A stretch of 64,000 nucleotides of DNA from an uncultured Bacillales bacterium (GTDB taxonomy: Bacteria > Bacillota_I > Bacilli_A > Izemoplasmatales > Hujiaoplasmataceae). Under the pieces are notes generated by a model. It was not told the DNA's origin and ran no database searches. It worked only from the letters and a program-made list of their open reading frames with translations. The stretch lies in the NCBI GenBank assembly GCA_942493185.1, contig OW818673.1, positions 1,823,517 through 1,887,516 on the forward strand. Reading direction: 5' to 3'. Position 1 is the stretch's first letter. The number at the start of each line of letters is the position of its first letter. Positions 63,629 to 64,000 of this stretch are shown here, piece after piece. The position numbers and the translations under genes were made by a program.

Positions 63629-64000
63629 ATGACGAAAGTTGAAATCCTTTTTTCGATGGCCATTGATGGCGAAAATGGGACGGTTTTTCAAACAAACGGG
63701 ACTATTTCGAATGGGTTGGTCAACTTTATCGATCCTGAAGGTTTTTCGTACACGGTTGAGTTCGAACCTAATAGCGTTCGAATCAGACGAATTGGAAAAA
63801 CAACCATGGACCTCACGTTCAAACCCAAAATAACAACAGAAGGATTGCTTACTGTTGATGGGGTGACCTTCAAATTCACCGTGATGACGCATGTGCTTCA
63901 GATCTCTACGGATAAAATTCTCATCAACTATGATATGATTGAGAGTGGATCTGTCCTGAGCCATCACCAAATGCTTATAAAGTGGATTCATAATGGAAGG
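63629..64000 (+). CDS. DUF1934-like small beta-barrel protein (partial; runs off the window end)
   Basis: Hand translation from the ATG at 63629 gives 124 codons with no stop: MTKVEILFSMAIDGENGTVFQTNGTISNGLVNFIDPEGFSYTVEFEPNSVRIRRIGKTTMDLTFKP... The alternating beta-strand pattern resembles DUF1934/YwiB. It is absent from the ORF track because it is open-ended. Confidence 0.6.
   Translation, partial: MTKVEILFSMAIDGENGTVFQTNGTISNGLVNFIDPEGFSYTVEFEPNSVRIRRIGKTTMDLTFKPKITTEGLLTVDGVTFKFTVMTHVLQISTDKILINYDMIESGSVLSHHQMLIKWIHNGR

Noticed and set aside
63539-63991. 150-aa minus-strand ORF at the window end
   Set aside because: The plus strand carries a stop-free frame from the ATG at 63629 with a DUF1934-like beta-strand pattern, in the same orientation as the upstream genes. 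The minus-strand translation is Cys/His/Phe-rich with no motif or RBS.
1-64000. Mobile elements, prophage, CRISPR-Cas, restriction-modification, toxin-antitoxin or other defence islands
   Set aside because: I recognised no integrase, transposase, reverse transcriptase, Cas, methyltransferase or phage structural motif in any ORF of the six-frame track. I also saw no repeat-spacer array or long inverted or direct terminal repeats while reading the sequence.

Overview
Origin-proximal 64-kb window of a low-GC chromosome that uses the standard genetic code. It looks Firmicutes/Mollicutes-like: Firmicute synteny (rpmH|oriC|dnaA-dnaN, ispE-spoVG-prs, dnaX-ybaB-recR) and many lipoproteins with poly-Thr linkers. 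I cannot assign a taxon from sequence alone.

Most of the window is core genome:
- bipartite oriC
- purA, purB and folD
- a 7-gene shikimate/tyrosine operon on the minus strand, including an AroE-AroK fusion
- a complete pstSCAB-phoU-phoPR module with a clear Pho box
- a Y-family polymerase with a YolD-like partner
- an Asn T-box leader in front of an alkD-like gene and asnS
- an NfeD-RDD-SPFH membrane operon
- ttcA, mnmE, dnaX-ybaB-recR

The stand-out region is about 45.5-63.5 kb. A CUT1-type ABC importer operon runs directly into genes for a SNase-type nuclease lipoprotein and two paralogous giant lipoproteins (1451 and ~641 aa). These two are built from Ig-like repeats, OB-like modules and a C-terminal lamin-tail domain, with no catalytic domain that I can recognise. 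They are followed by a convergent Endonuclease I lipoprotein, two tandem DHH/DHHA1 (NrnA-like) phosphoesterases and a Na/Pi cotransporter. I read this as a candidate cell-surface system for capturing, degrading and importing extracellular nucleic acid.

I found no rRNA, tRNA, CRISPR array, transposase or prophage gene. All domain calls come from reading motifs by eye; no database searches were run.
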